Shown here in pieces: positions 59,628 to 64,000 of a stretch of 64,000 nt of DNA (position 1 is its first letter; every line of letters begins with the position of its first letter). The translations under genes and the position numbers were made by a program. The notes below the pieces were generated by a model. That model had not been told where the DNA came from, made no database searches, and saw only the letters and a list, made by a program, of their open reading frames with translations. The stretch is from an uncultured Candidatus Peribacteria bacterium (GTDB lineage: Bacteria > Patescibacteriota > Gracilibacteria > Absconditabacterales > Absconditicoccaceae): assembly GCA_964563595.1 (NCBI GenBank), contig CAZLWR010000001.1, positions 9,857 through 73,856 on the forward strand, read 5' to 3'.

Positions 59628-60461
59628 GTGTCAAAATATCAATCCCCTAGGACTTTATTGTGGCGAAGAGCACAAAAAAAACTACAGACCTGTGGTTCGT
59701 TTTTTAGTAAATATGGTCTAAGAGCTCTTGTTTTTATTCTTTCATTCCTGATTATTACGTGAGCTGTAATAGGTGTTCTAAGGGCTTTGAGCGGACCCAA
59801 TTGGACTATAAGTGAAGTGGAGGTACAAATTGATGGAAAAGGTAAGTTGTATGATCACCAAGATTTATTGAAATATTTGGAAAAAGATTTTAAGGACGTA
59901 AATAGGGTGGTAGCTTATGGTTATAGACGAAGATTTTTTTCTTATTATGAAAAACAACTTCCTTGGATACAAAATATGAGGATGAAAGTAGATAATGGTA
60001 TTGCTTACATTACGGTGGAAGGTAGAGCTCCTCTACTATACATTCAGTCTCAAAATCGTTATTTTGCTTTTGCAAACAATAGGCTTATTTCTGTTCAGAA
60101 GATAATATCTGTGCCCTCAACGGGCTCGGTGACTATCCCTCAAATAGAACTGACCGGTATGATATCTTCAGGTAATGGCCTTACGTGATTGTTTTATGGA
60201 ATGGACGGTGTGAGATTGGTCAAGCAATTGCAACTTATTGTAGACAATATAAGTGATTTTAAAAAACTGTATTATATCCCAGGAGCAAGAAAAGTAATTA
60301 TGCTGATGAATACTTGACACGAGCTTTACTTTGATTTACAAAAAAACATCATTGCACAGTTGGATAAATATCATCTTTTGCTTACGGATTGAGCGTCACT
60401 CAAATGATATCGTAAAATAGATGTGGGAACTATGGATGATATGGTATTCTTAGGAAAATAA
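59628..60461 (+). CDS. ftsQ: FtsQ/DivIB-like cell division protein (TM + POTRA); start codon uncertain
   Basis: It has a basic N-terminus, a TM (ALVFILSFLIIT-G-AVIGVL), then WTISEVEVQIDGKGKL.. in a POTRA-like layout. There is no upstream ATG, so a GTG at 59628 or TTG at 59658 start is possible. Confidence 0.6.
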
Positions 60462-60507
60462 TATAATCAGAACTGCTCAGCTTTTAAACATTTTAACAAA
60501 GAGTCTT

Positions 60508-61944
60508 ATGTCTTTATATTTGAAATACCGCTCTCAAACCTTTGACGACATTGTTGAACAGGAATACACCAAAGATATTCTCAAGCAACAAGTGATTAAA
60601 TCCTTTGAAGGAGAGAGTTTTTCAAATTATCTTTTTTATGGTTCTAGAGGTATCGGTAAAACTAGTATAGCGAGAATAGTTGCAAGGGCGCTCAATTGTT
60701 TGAATAGCAAAGACGGAAATCCTTGCAATGAATGTGAAAGCTGTAAGATTATTTCCCAAGGAAAATCTGTAGATATTGTAGAAATCGATGCAGCAAGTCA
60801 TACGGGAGTAGATAACATCAGAGATGAAATTATTAATAAAGCCATCTATCCGCCAACCCAATTAAGAAAAAAAATATACATTATCGACGAGGTCCATATG
60901 CTTAGCACTGGTGCGTTCAATGCATTGCTGAAAATTATGGAGGAGCCACCAAGTTATCTCGTCTTTATACTTGCGACTACTGATTTACATAAGGTTCCAG
61001 ATACGATTATTTCTCGTTGCCAGCTGTTTAGTTTCAAGAGAATTACCATCCCCGGTATTGTTTCTAGATTAGAATATATCTGCAAACAAGAAGGATTTGC
61101 TTATGATGTCGCTTGACTGTCAACGATTGCAAAACTTGCAGATGGAGGCATGAGAGATGCAGTGAAGTATCTAGATCAAGTGAGTATATTGGGTCGTATA
61201 GACGAAGAGACCGTTGCTCAATGCTTGGGAGTAACTTCCGATGCTATTGTAAAGGAGTTTGTAGAGCTTATTGAAACTCGTGATGGCGTACGTGGTGTTC
61301 AGCTTATTTCTTCATTACAAGAAAAGAGTATCGATATTTATGTTTTTTTGAAGGACGTCCTTCAATATATTGATAGAAATATAACAGTTGAGAATATGAA
61401 CATCTCACTTCCTGTAGCACAATTCATCAAAACGGTATATGAAAAACTTAAGTACTTTCCCCATCCTATGGTCTTACTTAAGGCTGAGTTATTGGACTAT
61501 GCTTGAACAAAAGCTGGTCAATTGCCATCTAAACCTGTTGAAAAAAGAATTGATAATCAGACAGACACTCCTAGTACTCCTGTACAAATGCCAGTACCAG
61601 AGCCTATAGTTTCAACTGAAACAGTAGAACTTCCTCAGGCCAACAAATTGCCTCTTGCTGAGCATGATTTCGATGCCATCAAAGACCGTATTATCAGTCA
61701 TATGAGCAGTCAATCCCTCAAATCTATTTGGGAGGGCAGTTGTCATATCGATTCGATCCAAGGTGGACTTATGAAAGTACATGTTATTGAAAACGGTAAG
61801 ATGATTTTGCTGAACATGAGTAATAATAAGCAGATTGTGGAGAAACTCGCTAGTGAGATACTAGATAAAACAATTCAGATAGAATATGAATTTATTGAAA
61901 AGGAAGAATTTTTGAAGAAATGATTGGGTGGATTATTAGTGTAA
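60508..61944 (+). CDS. dnaX: DNA polymerase III gamma/tau subunit
   Basis: Motifs seen: YRSQTFDDIVEQE, YLFYGSRGIGKTSIARI, zinc module CNECESC, IYIIDEVHMLS, FNALLKIMEEPP, and SRCQLF. Confidence 0.92.
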
Positions 61945-61977
61945 ACACTTTAGAATTCTATTTAATGAATACCGATA

Positions 61978-62223
61978 ATGAAAATTGCTGTATATGTGAA
62001 GTTATTCGCTAAACAATCCAAACTGGAGCCAGTTGAAGTCCTAGAAGGATTGCAAGGTAGCGAGCAGCTGTTCACTGCCTATCTTATGTCTGCTCCAATA
62101 GATGGCAAAGCAAATAGTGAACTTATAGAACTTGTTTCTCAGTATTTTAAGGTCAGAAAGTCTCAAATTACTATCACAAGCTGAAGTACAAGTAAACATA
62201 AAATCATTGACATTAGATCATAA
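61978..62223 (+). CDS. DUF167 (YggU-like) protein
   Basis: KIAVYVK..APIDGKANSELIELVSQYFKV.KSQITITS-G-STSKHKII is the typical YggU pattern. Confidence 0.65.
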
Positions 62224-62233
62224 CACAACTATA

Positions 62234-62815
62234 ATGAAAGCAAGCGAAAAGCTTCATGCTGAAGACGAAAATCCTCTATCACATGAGACTGTAAAAGGAC
62301 GAAAAAGACGGGGAAAGGTTATTTTTCGGTTCGCCATACTTATTGGATTTAATTATCTGCTTTATCTTATTTATGTGATGCCGTTAAAAGACGCTTCGGT
62401 CCAGCATACCCCAATCGTTGCAACTGGCGGAGGGAATCCTCAGACAGGTTTGGTACAAAAAGAAATTATAATCTGAACAACATCTCTTTTGGTAGAGCTC
62501 GCCCAAACTCCTGAACAAAGAAGGATTTGATTGATGTATCGTGCAAGTCTCGGCGTAAAAGAAGGTATGATCTTCATGTTTGACAACGAACAACCGCTGA
62601 GTTTCTGGATGCAACATACCTATATTCCTTTGGACTTGATCTATGTGTGAGCTGATCAGATTATTAAACATATTCACAAAGGAGCAAAGACGCTTGATTT
62701 GACTGGCTTACCCAGTATCTATCCTGTACAGTATGTGATAGAGGTCAATAGCGGTTTTGTGGACCAGTTCAATGTGAGAATCGGAGACAAGGTCATATTG
62801 GATAAAAATCAATAA
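62234..62815 (+). CDS. DUF192 domain protein with N-terminal membrane anchor
   Basis: TPEQRRI-G-LMYR..L..KEGMIFMFD..QPLSFWMQHTYIPLDLIYV is the DUF192 signature. Confidence 0.7.
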
Positions 62816-62902
62816 AATTTACAAACAATTGAACTTCAGTATTGAAATATTATAATAATTGCAATATTTGCATCAATGATCTGATTATAAATTCATTTTC
62901 CT

Positions 62903-63391
62903 ATGAAATACAAAATTCTTACTGGGGCAACTAATCCAATTCTGAGAGCTGTCGCTGATCCGATAGACCATTTTACTAACGACATTGCTCAATTGTGAGA
63001 AGATATGAAGAAAATCTGTCATGATTACGATGGAGTAGGTTTAGCGGCTCCTCAAATAGGCTTGCCCTTGAGGATGATTTACATTACGCATTGGAGAAAG
63101 ACCCCAAAGGGCACTAAGTACATCAATGATCAGATTATGATAAATCCCGAAATATTGTCTCAATCTGAAACACTGAATACAGATGTGGAGGGATGTCTCA
63201 GTCTGCCTTGATTAACTGGTAAAGTGAAAAGACATGATTGGATTAGAGTGAAATTTCAAGATATTGAGTGAAAGGTAGGTACTAAGAACTATAAAGGATT
63301 TGACGCAAGAATCATACAGCACGAGATAGATCATATCAATGGTGTCTTGTTTATTGATAAAGCTAAGGATCTAAGAAGTTCAGATAAATAA
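62903..63391 (+). CDS. def: peptide deformylase
   Basis: The three signature motifs are present: GVGLAAPQIG, EGCLSLP-G (Gly=TGA 63209..63211), and HEIDHINGV. Confidence 0.93.
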
Positions 63392-63407
63392 TATAATAAG
63401 AAATGAG

Positions 63408-64000
63408 CTATTCACTGTAAGCATGATCTACAAGTTTAGGTTTTTGCAATCATACATAACTGAAGAAAGTCTTAATCAGGTGCAATTTTTTGAAGGGGAT
63501 ATTGGCGATAGGTATCTTCATTGTTTTGATTTTTTGTTGAAATTGCTCCAGATCAAGATCAAAATCATCATTAATAAGCAGTCTTTCGTCTCTATTGAGC
63601 CTTCCTGATAAACTTTCTTTTATGACTGTTCTATAGTCGTCTAGATCTATCGATCTACTCAGATATAGTCATAATAAATCATCGTCTTGCAGTTGTGCTT
63701 TGGTCAATCATACATCATTAAACTCCATCCTACCTTTATCTTTCTTTTCCTCTAAATACTCTTCAAACTTTCTATTAACGTTGAATACTCATCACTTTTG
63801 AATAACTCAAAATGCCTGATCCTGATATCCAAGAAATGTCTTATAACCTGAAAGTTTTATATGACCAAAGATTTGTCCTTTATACTCTATTAAAATTGCT
63901 TTATGCAAGCCATCTTGGAAAATTCACTTTGTGTACATTTCTAGATCATTGCACGAACCAAAGGTATTGTCATGCTGATAAATGGTTGGTTCTGATCTTT
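63408..64000 (-). CDS. hypothetical protein; 5' end beyond the window
   Basis: The minus frame is open from the window end to TAG (63408..63410), with 7 in-frame TGA and no recognised motif. Confidence 0.5.

Noticed and set aside
60860-60885. An A-rich run in dnaX (..AGAAAAAAAATA..) was considered as a programmed -1 frameshift site for a gamma subunit.
   Set aside because: It lies near codon 120 inside the AAA+ core, far upstream of where tau/gamma frameshifting occurs. Homopolymer A/T runs are common throughout this AT-rich window.

Overview
This is an AT-rich chromosomal segment (roughly two-thirds A+T by eye) that only makes sense under a non-standard genetic code. The supplied standard-code ORF track is shattered at TGA. 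Reading UGA as glycine (code 25, Absconditabacteria/SR1-Gracilibacteria type, CPR/Patescibacteria) joins the fragments into about 55 intact, tightly packed genes. In addition, CGA repeatedly sits at invariant tryptophan positions: WTTTPWT and DWCISR in IleRS, TWFR in MiaA, RLGW in Nth, and FQxWxY in PepF. CGG does so in two further cases. The window therefore appears to use a doubly or triply reassigned code: UGA=Gly, CGA=Trp, and probably CGG=Trp. The tRNA-Arg in the window has anticodon GCG, which fits this reading.

Gene content is mostly housekeeping: RND transporter, pepF, nth, clpC-like, ftsH, rnpA, holA, glyA, rlmD-like, tsaD, tsaC, rnc, miaA, trpS, ileS, folD, glyQS, arfB, dnaX, def, atpG and five tRNAs. 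There are also envelope and surface genes: a pyruvyl transferase, a GT2, DsbA-like and thioredoxin-like proteins, a prepilin-type pseudopilin and a T4SS-pilin-like protein.

The observations most worth a second look are:
- The code itself.
- One 12,990-nt ORF (4,329 codons) encoding a signal-anchored giant surface protein with Ig-like and FG-GAP/VCBS-like modules.
- A complete Nudix-hydrolase domain inserted inside isoleucyl-tRNA synthetase.
- A 9-mer, TCAGATTAT/ATAATCTGA, present at least 35 times in both orientations, in all reading frames and in intergenic DNA. It behaves like a DNA-uptake-sequence-type genomic word.
- Two compositionally foreign (GC-richer, TGA-free) genes.
- An atypical tRNA.
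- A winged-helix/histone-H1-like protein with perfect 129-bp tandem repeats.
- Truncated lepA and uvrD fragments.

No CRISPR array, rRNA, transposase or integrase was seen. All calls come from manual translation and remembered family motifs, with no database search. Start codons are the least certain coordinates.
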